DNA of 64,000 nucleotides. It comes from an uncultured Solirubrobacterales bacterium (GTDB lineage Bacteria > Actinomycetota > Thermoleophilia > Solirubrobacterales > Solirubrobacteraceae). The position numbers were made by a program, and so were the translations under genes. Below are positions 55,177-64,000 of the stretch, one piece after another (the first letter of the stretch is position 1; every line of letters starts with the position of its first letter). The DNA lies in the NCBI GenBank assembly GCA_963713385.1, contig CAVQLO010000007.1:59020-123019 (forward strand). Direction: 5' to 3'. Below the pieces are notes generated by a model, which saw only the letters and a list, made by a program, of their open reading frames with translations, made no database searches and was not told the origin of the DNA.

Positions 55177-55194
55177 GCGAACGTATGTTCGCAT
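55175..55194. promoter_or_regulatory. LexA (SOS) box of Gram-positive type
   Basis: ATGCGAAC-GTAT-GTTCGCAT palindrome (CGAAC-N4-GTTCG) abutting the imuB start. Confidence 0.92.
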
Positions 55195-55209
55195 AGGGCC
55201 GCGTCGGCG

Positions 55210-56043
55210 TCAATCCATCGTGAGCGGTCCCTCCGCCGATCCGCTGAGGAACTGGTGCACGAACGGGTTGTCCGAGGAGAACATCTTCTCCGCGTCGCCG
55301 GCTTCCACGATCCGCCCCCGCCACAGGACCGCGATGTACTCGCCGATCTGCCGCGCCGAGGCAATGTTGTGGGTGACGACGATGTAGGTGCCCCGGTGGA
55401 TCGCGTGCATCTCCTGGATCAGTTCGCACAGCAGCGCCGTGCGCACGGGATCCAGGCCCGAGTCGGGCTCGTCGAAGATCACGATGTCGGGCTCCATCAC
55501 CAGCGCGCGCGCGAACCCGGCGCGCTTGCGCATGCCTCCCGACAGCTGGGAGGGCAGATCGTGCATCGCCTCCGCCAGCCCCACGTCGGTCAGGCGCTCG
55601 GACACCCGTTTGGCGATATCCGCCTCAGAGGTGTCGGTGTGCTGGCGCAGCGGGAAGGCGACGTTGTCGAACACCGACATCGACCCGAACAGCGCGCCGT
55701 CCTGAAAGAGCACGCCGATTTTGCGGCGCAGCGTCAAGAGCTCTGGCATCGTCAACTTGGAGACCGGCTGCCCGTGCACGATCACCTCGCCGGAGTCGGG
55801 GAACATCAGCCCGATGATGTGCTTGATCAGCACGCTCTTGCCCGTGCCCGAAGGTCCGAGCACGACGGTGATCGTGTCGTCGGGGAAGGCGACGTTGAGG
55901 CCGTTGAGCACCGAGACCCCGCCGAGACGCTTGTGCACGTCCAGGCAGCGGATCGACCACCTCTCGTCGTCGGGATCGCCCGCGTAGTCGACGTCCCCCG
56001 CGTGGTACTGGAAGTTGTCGCTCGAGGTCTGTCTTTCCGTCAT
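55210..56043 (-). CDS. MCE-system ABC ATPase (Mkl/MceG/MlaF type)
   Basis: GPSGTGKS, LFQDGALFGSM, LSGGMRKRAGFARAL, DEPDSGLDP. Confidence 0.93.
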   Translation of the reverse strand: MTERQTSSDNFQYHAGDVDYAGDPDDERWSIRCLDVHKRLGGVSVLNGLNVAFPDDTITVVLGPSGTGKSVLIKHIIGLMFPDSGEVIVHGQPVSKLTMPELLTLRRKIGVLFQDGALFGSMSVFDNVAFPLRQHTDTSEADIAKRVSERLTDVGLAEAMHDLPSQLSGGMRKRAGFARALVMEPDIVIFDEPDSGLDPVRTALLCELIQEMHAIHRGTYIVVTHNIASARQIGEYIAVLWRGRIVEAGDAEKMFSSDNPFVHQFLSGSAEGPLTMD

Positions 56044-57552
56044 TTCTTGCCTCCGTAGACGACGTGCGGGAACTGGCTCGAGTTGCCGTTGAACGTGAAC
56101 GGCCCCTGCTGGCTGCAGCCCGGAGCGGGGATGCTGTTGGCCGTTCCCGGCGTGTTGGCGACTTTGAACTGGATGATCTGTTCGATCAGGCTCTGCGAGA
56201 TCGTTTCGTTCGGCGGCCCGCTGACCGATGGACCGGAGTTCGCGCACGAGCCGCCGCTGAACACCGGCAGCTGGCCCGAGCCCAGCCCGTGGAAGGCGCC
56301 CGGCTGGAAGTACGGGTTGGCGCGGTTGACGCCCACTCGCTGCCGGATACACCGCAAGGCCTTCCGGATGGAAGACGAGCATCGTGCGCAGGTAGTGCTC
56401 CTGGGGGCCGAGGTTTTCGGTGCTGCCATTGCCGCCGTGTGACTCAGACGCGGCGGTCAGGTTGGCGAAGAACGCCTGCAGCTCGGGAATGTATTCGTCG
56501 AGTGACTGCAGGAACGGGTCGGTGTTGTGCAGCACCGGCCTGAAGTTTTCGAGCACAGGCACGGTGAAATCGAGCACCTTCTTGGCCGATGGCAGCCCCG
56601 TTTTGGCCGCCTTGCTGAGCGGTCCCAGCGAGGTCAGGAAGTTGTTGAACTGCGGCGCGAACGGCTTGGCAGCCTGGAGCAGGCGCGACAGCGAGCGCTC
56701 GGTGGGCTGGACTTCTTCGTAGTAGGGACCGGCGAGCGTCGCGAACTTGTCGAGCGTGCGCAGCGCGACGATCGAGCTGGCCTCGAAGGTCGGCAGCTCG
56801 CGGAAGGCCTGCGCGAACTCGGTGCTCGCCTGCGCGGCCGCGTGGAAGGTGTGCTCGCCGTTTGAGATCAGGCCTTCCAGCTGATGGTCGCGACCGGACA
56901 GCGCGTTGAACACCACGCCCGTGTTGTGGACCAGCGCGCGCACCGCGCCTTCCTGGCTGGCGAGGATCGACACCAGCTGGTTGGTGTGTTCCACGAACGG
57001 CTCAAACGTGGCAAGCGACGCGTTGAGCTGTTCGCCGCGGCCCGCGATCGCCGCGGCCTGGTAGATCTGCCATTCCTGGAAGTTGCGTCGCGTGTTTTTG
57101 TCCAGCAGCGAGAGGATGTCGTCGAGCGTCACGAACGGTTCGACCTGGCTCTCGGCCAGCTGGCCGCCGTCGGCCAGGTACGGGCCCGTCTGTTGCTGGG
57201 GGTTCAGTTCGACGTAGGTCTCGCCCAGCAGCGTCTTCTGGCGTATCAGCGCGTGCGTGTTGGCCCGGATCGGCGCGTACTTGCTGGAGACTTCGAGCAC
57301 CGCGTCGGTGTCGCCCTGCTTGCTGAGGTTCAGCGAGATCACGTGACCGACGGTCACGCCGCTGATGCGCACATCGGACTGTTCGGCCAGCGCGAGCGTG
57401 CGCGGGAAGGCGACCGTGAAGCGGTAGCCCTTCGGTTTGAGCGGCAGCGGGCCGCCGAAGGAGCCCCACAGGAACATCAGCAGCCCAAAGCAGCTGAGCG
57501 CGAAGAGGATGATCACGAGCAGGTTGCCGAACGTCGGCGCGCGCTTCTGCAT
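56040..57552 (-). CDS. MCE/MlaD family protein; frameshift near 56345
   Basis: TM helix, SDVRISGVTVG, KTLLGETYVEL; tail in ORF 56040..56429. Confidence 0.9.
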
Positions 57553-57555
57553 GCC

Positions 57556-59053
57556 TCAGCCACCTCCCCCCAGCGCCGACGCCGGTGAGGACTGAGCGCT
57601 CTCCAGATGCGCGATCGCGCCGCCGTCCAGGCCGGCGAACAGCCCGCCCTTGCCCGGCTTGCGGTTTGAACTGCGCGGCGGAGGCCGAGGCTTTGCCGTT
57701 GAGGATGCCGGCCGCCTGACACGCCGCCCTGGTCGGCGGGTTCAGCAGCCCGACGAGCAGGTTCACGGTTGGGTTGATCGTCGCGATCGAGGTCAGCAGC
57801 GGCGCGACGTTGCAGTTGAGGTAGGTGAGGCTGCGCCCGACGGCGCCGTGCGCGTCGGCCGAGCTGACGACGCTGTTGAGGTTGTGGTTCGCCCAGTCGA
57901 GGAAGAAGATGAAGCCCGCCTGATTCGGTCCCGGGTTGTATGCGAGCTCGTTGAAGAATTCGTTGAGCACGCTGAAGCTTTCGGTGAATTTCGGGAACGC
58001 TTCGCCCAATTCCTGGGTGTCGGGCTTGATCTGGTTGACGACCGGAAGGATTTCGCGCGCGAACGGCCTGATTTCGTTCTTGATGACCGGTGTGACCTGT
58101 TCATACATTTTCTGCGACGCCGCGTTGGCCGGGCCGAGGGCACGCGCGAACGGTTCGAGCTTGTGCAGCGTCGGGCCGAGCACGCCGGCCGCCGTCGCGA
58201 GCTTGCCCAGGCCGCTGCGGGTCTTTGACAGCGCGCCCGGCAGCAGGTGCAGCAGGCTCTCGACGTTGTGTTCCTGCTTGGCGAACACCGCGAACACGGC
58301 GTTCGAGGCGTCGACCAGTTCGGCGATCTGCGTGTCCTTGGTCCCGAGCGCTTCCATCACCAGGCGGAAGTTGTGGATCGCGTGCGCGGTGTTCGCGTGG
58401 CGGATTTCCAGCTGCTGGGCGATCTGCTGGATCAGCCGCGCGGTCGGGGCGAAGCGCTTGAGCGTCGCCGACAGCGCTTTGCCGTTGTTCTTCAGGCCTT
58501 CGCCGGCGCCCGCCAGAAGCTCCTGCAGGTAGCCGCGCGTTTCGGCGTCGAGGCCCGCGAGGAATTCGTCGAAGTCGATGTTCGGAGCGGTCTGGGAGGA
58601 GGGCAGCGTGGCGCCGCTCTGCAGGCGTCCCGTCGAGGGGTTGCCCGGGTTGACCTCGACGGTCATGTCCTGCAGGTTGGTCTTCGGGCGCATCAGCAGC
58701 GTCGCGTTCTTGTAGATCAGCGCGTATTTCGGGGTGATTTTCATCGACACGACCGCCACGCCGTTGTGCAGGTTCACGCCGGCGATTTCGCCGATCTTCG
58801 CCCCGGCGATCGTCACCGCCTGCCCCTGTCCGGCCTCGAGCGCCTGCGCGGTCTGCATGTCGGCCTTGAGCACGAAGTAGTTTTTGCCGAGCACCGGAAC
58901 CCAGCCGGGAAGCTTCAGGTTCTCGTGCGCGAGGATGTAGCCGCCGACGAGCGCCGCGATGGCGACCATCCCGAGCACGGCGATGAACGCCGAGCGGTAG
59001 CGCTCGATCTGATCGCGGACGCTGAGCCCGCCTTCGTGACCCTCGGGCGCCAT
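57556..59053 (-). CDS. MCE/MlaD family protein; frameshift near 57650
   Basis: QAVTIAGAKIG, RPKTNLQDMTVEV, long helical region; inferred stop at 57556. Confidence 0.88.
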
Positions 59054-60552
59054 CACCCGCCCCCGTCCGCGGGGCCCTGGGAGAGCGGGCCGTTGAAGTT
59101 CGGCAGCTTCTGCGTGGCGCAGTTGACGAGCGGCTTGTAGGGCGGCTCTTCAGCGGGGTAGGCCGGCCGCGTCCCCTGCGGCGGAAGCGCCGCGTGGGCC
59201 AGCAGCTTCAGGCCCTGGATTTTCGTGCCGAGGATCGACACCGGCACCGAGGTCAGCGTCTGGCCGCCGCTGGGCAGGAGGAAGCGGGCCATCGTGCCGT
59301 TGCCGTCGAAGTTCTGGCCGAGCGAGTTCAGGCCGACGAGCGAGTACCAGAACTCCTTGTAGTCTTCCACGCCCGAGCTGCTCGACCCGTCCTGGATCTT
59401 GGTGTTGCCGGCAGGGAAGATCACGTTCGTGTCGCACTTGCTCATCAGTTCGGACTGGTGGTAGAAGGGGATCTGTTCGCTCTGCAGGCGCACCAGCGGG
59501 GGCGTCGCTTCCTTCAGGCCCTGGGCGACCCCGCCGAGCTCGCTGGGCGCCAGCGAGGCCTCGGTCTGTTCGATCCAGGGCAGCGCCGCGAAGACCATCG
59601 AGTTGGTGTTTTTCACCCCGGGCAGGATCTCTGTCGCGAAGGCCTGGATCGGGGGAAACGCGGCGTTCAGCTTGTTGAAGCCATTCGCGATGGCGGTCAG
59701 CGAGCTCGGCAGCAACGCGACCGTCGCGCGCAGCGCGGCGGCTTCGGTCGCAAACGCGCGGAAGAAGGCGTTGAAGTTGACGATCAGTTCGCTGAGCTGC
59801 TGCTCGTGCACGTTCAGCGCGGCGGTCACCTTGCCGATCCCCGCCACGAGTTTGGACAGGTCGTGCGTTTCGGTCCCGCTGATCGCCTGGTTTAGCACCG
59901 CCGTGGCGCGCAGCGAGGCCGGTCCGCGCTGGTAGGAGCGGTTGAGCGCCTGCGCGCCGTTGAGGCCCCTCACTTCCGGTTCCTGTTCGGCGTTGTCCGC
60001 CGCGCTCGGCTTGCGCGTCAGTCCGTTGCCGAACCCGATCAGGAAGTCCTGCAGGTTCTGACGCGTGTCGGTGTTCAGCGCGTCGAGCACCTGATCGAGC
60101 TGAACCGGGTCCGCGGTCTGGGTGATCGGGATCGTGTAGCCCGAGGAGACGACGCTGGCCGATGGGCTGCCGGGCTTGAGTTCGACGAACCAGTTGCCTT
60201 CCAGGAACGTGCGCGGGCGGATCTTGACCGTCGCGTCGGAGTGGATCGGCAGGGCGGCCTTTTCGAGTTCCATCGTCACGACGCCCGCGTCGCCTTCGCG
60301 CGAGACCCTCGTCACCTTGCCGACGTTGATCCCGGCGATGCGCACCGGCGAGGTGGGGCGGATGTTGACGGCCGTCGAGAAGACGGCCTTCAGGCGGTAG
60401 CCGTGTTTGAACGGGATGTGCTTGGTGAAGCCGAAGTAGACGCCGACCAGGATGACCACCAGCAGCACCACCCCGGCGCGAAACGGGCTCTTGCGACCGA
60501 GCTCTGACGCCGGCGTCTGGTCGTAGCGGCGCCACCACCGTTTACCGCTCAT
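59053..60552 (-). CDS. MCE/MlaD family protein
   Basis: SPVRIAGINVG, RPRTFLEGNWFVELKPG. Confidence 0.92.
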   Translation of the reverse strand: MSGKRWWRRYDQTPASELGRKSPFRAGVVLLVVILVGVYFGFTKHIPFKHGYRLKAVFSTAVNIRPTSPVRIAGINVGKVTRVSREGDAGVVTMELEKAALPIHSDATVKIRPRTFLEGNWFVELKPGSPSASVVSSGYTIPITQTADPVQLDQVLDALNTDTRQNLQDFLIGFGNGLTRKPSAADNAEQEPEVRGLNGAQALNRSYQRGPASLRATAVLNQAISGTETHDLSKLVAGIGKVTAALNVHEQQLSELIVNFNAFFRAFATEAAALRATVALLPSSLTAIANGFNKLNAAFPPIQAFATEILPGVKNTNSMVFAALPWIEQTEASLAPSELGGVAQGLKEATPPLVRLQSEQIPFYHQSELMSKCDTNVIFPAGNTKIQDGSSSSGVEDYKEFWYSLVGLNSLGQNFDGNGTMARFLLPSGGQTLTSVPVSILGTKIQGLKLLAHAALPPQGTRPAYPAEEPPYKPLVNCATQKLPNFNGPLSQGPADGGG

Positions 60553-62108
60553 TGCTTGGCTCCGCTGTTGGACTTGCTGGCGCTGCTGTTGGACTTCTTC
60601 GGTTCGCTGGTCGGCAGTCCGAGGTTCTTCAGGATCGGCGCCGGGTACTTTTCACCGAAGAGGCTCTCGTTGCGGGTCGTCAGTTCGTGCACGGTCCCCG
60701 TGGTGCCCGGCACGTTGCCGACCACCTTCTGGCCCGGTATGTAGGTCTCGTTGGCGGCTTCGCAGTTGCCGGCCGGCTGTCCCGGCCCCGTCACGTTGGG
60801 ATAGGGGTTGGCGTGCAGGAAGTTGTTGTTGATGATCGCCGTGCTGCCGAAGGGGTGTTCGACGGAGGGTCCGTTCGCGGGCGCCGAGGAGGGAAGGCCC
60901 TCGTTGTTGGGACCGTTGGGGTTGAGCACGATTCCCGCGCGCGAGAGCGTGCCGACGCCGACGTTCTCAGACTGCAGGCTCGCGAGGTTGCGGAACGCCA
61001 GCGTGATGTAGTTGCAGTTGGTCTGCTCGGGCGTCAGGCCCTGGAGCAGCGGGTTCGCCAGCCCGAGCGTTTCGGTGAGGTCTTCCAGGGCGACCGGGAC
61101 GATCGGGTTGTGCGCGAATTCCGCGAACGCCTTGTTCGAGGCGGCCAGTTGCTGGTTGAGCGCGGTCGCCGAGCGCAGGTTGACGGCACCGACCGTGATC
61201 GCGTGCGCGAGCGGCGGAGCGACCGACACGAGCAGCTTGGCGCTCGGTCGCAGCAGGCGGATCGCCTCGGTCTGTTTTTCCTGGAAGTTGGCCTCGAAGG
61301 GAAGCGAGTGGATCGCCTGCTGCAGCGAGGGCGGGCCGAGCACGGTCGCCCTTTCGACAAACGGAGCGACGCCCGCCCAGGCGGCGAAGAAGGTGTCGAG
61401 ATCGCGGTAGAAGGCGGCCTGCTGCAGCGACACCGGCGCGACCTGTTCGTTGTAGCGCTCGAGGGCGATGAAGAACCCGCGCAGATCTGTCGCCGGCGAG
61501 GCGAGGTTGCGCAGCACCGGTATCGCGTTGGTGACGAGCGGACGCAGCGTCGCGATCGTGTTGTTCAGCCCCAGTCCGCGTCCGGCGAGGCCGTTGCCGT
61601 AGTTGTTCAGGTTGATCTTGTTCGCGGTGCGCGTCTTGGTCGAGAACATGTTGAAGAATTCTTCGATGTTGACCGGTTCGCGCACCTGCGAGATCGGGAT
61701 CGCCTGGCCGGGCTTGAGCATCTGGTGCGACGTGCCCTTTTCGATCTGCAGGAACTTCAGCCCGATCGAGGAGACCGACTGGACGATCGCTTTGGTGTCG
61801 ACAGGGAGCGGTTCGGCCTTTTTTTCGAGCTTCAGGTTGGCGATCACGACGACGCGCCCCGTCTTCGGGCTCAGCTGCGCCGTCATTTTTTCGATCGTGC
61901 CGATGCGGTCCCCGCCCTCGCGCACCTCGTTGGAGGACTCCAGGCCCGACGCTTCGGGCAGCACCACCTTGATGTGATAGGTGGGCACGAACGGCAGTCC
62001 GTTGTTGGCGTTGTAGGACAGGTAGACGGCGACGACCACGATCAGCGTCGTGATCGCGCCTATCAGCAGTGGGCTGCCGGCCAGAGAGCCGCCGCGACGA
62101 GGGTTCAT
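60549..62108 (-). CDS. MCE/MlaD family protein
   Basis: TM helix, NEVREGGDRIG, SSIGLKFLQI. Confidence 0.9.
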   Translation of the reverse strand: MNPRRGGSLAGSPLLIGAITTLIVVVAVYLSYNANNGLPFVPTYHIKVVLPEASGLESSNEVREGGDRIGTIEKMTAQLSPKTGRVVVIANLKLEKKAEPLPVDTKAIVQSVSSIGLKFLQIEKGTSHQMLKPGQAIPISQVREPVNIEEFFNMFSTKTRTANKINLNNYGNGLAGRGLGLNNTIATLRPLVTNAIPVLRNLASPATDLRGFFIALERYNEQVAPVSLQQAAFYRDLDTFFAAWAGVAPFVERATVLGPPSLQQAIHSLPFEANFQEKQTEAIRLLRPSAKLLVSVAPPLAHAITVGAVNLRSATALNQQLAASNKAFAEFAHNPIVPVALEDLTETLGLANPLLQGLTPEQTNCNYITLAFRNLASLQSENVGVGTLSRAGIVLNPNGPNNEGLPSSAPANGPSVEHPFGSTAIINNNFLHANPYPNVTGPGQPAGNCEAANETYIPGQKVVGNVPGTTGTVHELTTRNESLFGEKYPAPILKNLGLPTSEPKKSNSSASKSNSGAKQ

Positions 62109-63529
62109 CAGGGCAGCTCCGTCGGGTCGCAGCTGAGCTGACCTTCGTCGGTGAACGGCGCGGAGCCGTCGGCCGGGCGCTGGGTCGCCGAGCCCGGGCA
62201 GCGGCGCAGCTGGTCGGAGAGGATGCCTTCGAGCGCCTGCGAGATGCTCGCCGGGGTCAGGTTGTTGTTCGCGCCGAGCTTGAAGTCGGGGAAGACGGGC
62301 GCGATGCGCACGTAATGGCCGTTGGCGTCGTAGTAGGCGCCGGCCTGGCCGAACGTGCGCAGCGTGCCCTCCAGGTCCGGGGTGTAGGGCCCGAACACCG
62401 CTGTGATCGGCACCGATTCGCGCAGCGTCTGCACGGTCGCGGGCGCCGCCGTGCTGAGCGCCTTGGCGAGCGCCGGCAGCGCGTTGGCGAATTCGGTCAG
62501 GTCGTTGTTGGGGCCCGGGCTGCTGAACGCCTGGGAGAAGTTGGCCACCACCGGCGTCGCGGTCACGAGCAGCGGGCGCAGCTTCGTGAAGAGCGTGTTC
62601 AAGGGCTTGCTCGTCGGCTTGGACGCTTCGACCAGCGTCGAGAGCTTGGCGAACGTCGGCGGGATGCCGGCGAAGACCTCGTTGCCCGCCTGCAGCGCGA
62701 CCGGCAGCTCTTTGAGGCCCTGCGCGAGGTCTTCCTGCTGGGATCCGATCGCGTGGAAGGTCGTGTCGGCGTTGCCGATCAGGTCGGTCAGCGCTTCCTT
62801 GCGCCCGGCGATCGTCGTCACCGCCTTGGCGGTTTCCACGATGAAGTGCGTGAACACCGGCTGATCGAGGACCAGCTCTGAGAAGAAGTGATCGGTCGCC
62901 GACGTCGCCGCGGGGAAGTATTCGACCGACTGCCCGTAGGCGCGACTGGCGCCGGCGAACTGTTCGGCGAATCCCTGGATGACCTCCTGCAGACCCTTGC
63001 GGGTCGCCGGATTGAGCGTGTCGAACAGCGTGTCGAGGTCGACGACTTCCTTGGTCGCCGATACCGGCAGCGTGCTGCCCGCCGGCAGCGCCGGCGCGCT
63101 GTTGGGACCCGGCGTCAGCGCGATGTAGCGGTCGGCAACCGTCGCCAGCGAGGGCACCCTGACCTGGGCGACGGTCCCCTGGTGCAGCGGCGTCAGGGAC
63201 GCGTTCACGTGGATCGTGACGATCGCTTTGAAGCGCTTGTTCAGTTCGATGTTCGTCACGCTCCCGACCGGCACGCCGCCGACCTGAACCTGGTCGCCCT
63301 TGACGAGCTGGCCAGCGTTGGCGAACGCGAAGTGATAGGTGGCGCCGCCCCCGCCGGCGAAGATCAGGTAGGCGACGACCAGCACGACGATCCCCAGCGC
63401 GCCGGCGGCCAGCAAGCGAGCGATCAGCGATGGCGAGGAGGAGCGCGGCGGAAGCGGCGCGGGCGGCATGCCGCCCGGAGGCTGCGGAGGCGGTGCGCCC
63501 GTCGGGCTGGGGGGACTAGTCGTTGCCAC
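62108..63529 (-). CDS. MCE/MlaD family protein
   Basis: GQLVKGDQVQVGGVPVG, ADRYIALTPG. Confidence 0.92.
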   Translation of the reverse strand: MATTSPPSPTGAPPPQPPGGMPPAPLPPRSSSPSLIARLLAAGALGIVVLVVAYLIFAGGGGATYHFAFANAGQLVKGDQVQVGGVPVGSVTNIELNKRFKAIVTIHVNASLTPLHQGTVAQVRVPSLATVADRYIALTPGPNSAPALPAGSTLPVSATKEVVDLDTLFDTLNPATRKGLQEVIQGFAEQFAGASRAYGQSVEYFPAATSATDHFFSELVLDQPVFTHFIVETAKAVTTIAGRKEALTDLIGNADTTFHAIGSQQEDLAQGLKELPVALQAGNEVFAGIPPTFAKLSTLVEASKPTSKPLNTLFTKLRPLLVTATPVVANFSQAFSSPGPNNDLTEFANALPALAKALSTAAPATVQTLRESVPITAVFGPYTPDLEGTLRTFGQAGAYYDANGHYVRIAPVFPDFKLGANNNLTPASISQALEGILSDQLRRCPGSATQRPADGSAPFTDEGQLSCDPTELP

Positions 63530-64000
63530 CGGCTCCCCCTTCCTGCCCTGTCGCGCCCGTGCCGGGGGCCGCGCCGCCTGCGGCGGACGGGTTGTCGGGG
63601 ATGGCCGCCGCCGAGGGCTTGCTCGCGACGGGCGGGTTGGGGATCTCGCCGAGCCGTGCGATCAGCTTGATCCACTGTCGGAGGTCAACCCTGCGCCGAG
63701 CACGCCCGCCGCGTGCGCCGCCTTGGGCTCGGGCGGGCTGAATACGAGCTGGATGTAGCTGCGCTGGCGCTTGACGAGCACGCCCTTGGTCTTGGGGTAG
63801 CTCACCGGGCTGATGATCTCGCGCGGGCGGTCGGCCCCCTGCAGGGTCAGCAGCCTGCGAATCGTCTCTTCGGCGACCGAGCCCGTCCCCTCGTGATTGT
63901 CGATCGCCAGCGAGTTGACAGCCGTGATGTCCACCTTTTCGCCGCCCGATCCGGCGCGCACGTTGCCTTCGAGCGCCGGCGCCGAGCCGCCGCAGGTAAG
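63516..64000 (-). CDS. C-terminal part of a paralog of the 12710..15349 transglycosylase (truncated by window edge); frameshift near 63675
   Basis: ITAVNSLAIDNHEGTGSVAEETIRRLLTLQG and WIKLIARLGEIPNPPVASKPSAAAIPD align with ITQINGVPIAGHQGAGSITDTTIRTLLTLQG and WEQLIARVATLPVPTIATKPSSAAIPD. Confidence 0.85.
   Translation of the reverse strand, partial: YLRRLGAGARRQRARRIGRRKGGHHGCQLAGDRQSRGDGLGRRRDDSQAADPAGGRPPARDHQPGELPQDQGRARQAPAQLHPARIQPARAQGGARGGRARRRVDLRQWIKLIARLGEIPNPPVASKPSAAAIPDNPSAAGGAAPGTGATGQEGGAGGND

Overview
GC-rich (roughly 70% by eye) bacterial chromosomal segment. Gene content and order suggest Actinomycetota, probably Thermoleophilia/Solirubrobacterales (inference only). About 56 protein genes and one tRNA-Gly(CCC) are supported. 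Main blocks: an NRAMP-related Mg2+ transporter with a soluble MgtE-N/CBS partner, a MacAB-type ABC exporter operon, a large lytic transglycosylase, secG, cytochrome c maturation genes (ccmE, ccmF, a ccmG-like thioredoxin, ccmH), argS, a phosphoesterase/lipoprotein/Ser-Thr kinase cluster, uvrC-rapZ-gap-pgk-tpiA-gpmI, an ABC-F ATPase, lipid-metabolism genes, an imuB/imuB-C/dnaE2 mutagenesis cassette with a LexA box, and a five-gene MCE operon directly preceded by a second transglycosylase-like gene. Many genes, including essential ones (argS, gap), carry single-base frameshifts, most simply explained as long-read assembly errors. The most notable observations are: (1) an unannotated 22-aa proline-rich leader peptide (strong RBS, PPG motif, downstream hairpin) before the Mg2+ transporter, resembling mgtL/mgtP-type translational Mg2+ sensing; (2) a presenilin/SPP-like GxGD intramembrane protease candidate; (3) a dense run of hairpins at 24190-24480 that may be a structured ncRNA; (4) transglycosylase-MCE coupling; (5) a CxxxY-type CcmE occurring together with CcmH. 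All calls rest on motif recognition; no database searches were run.
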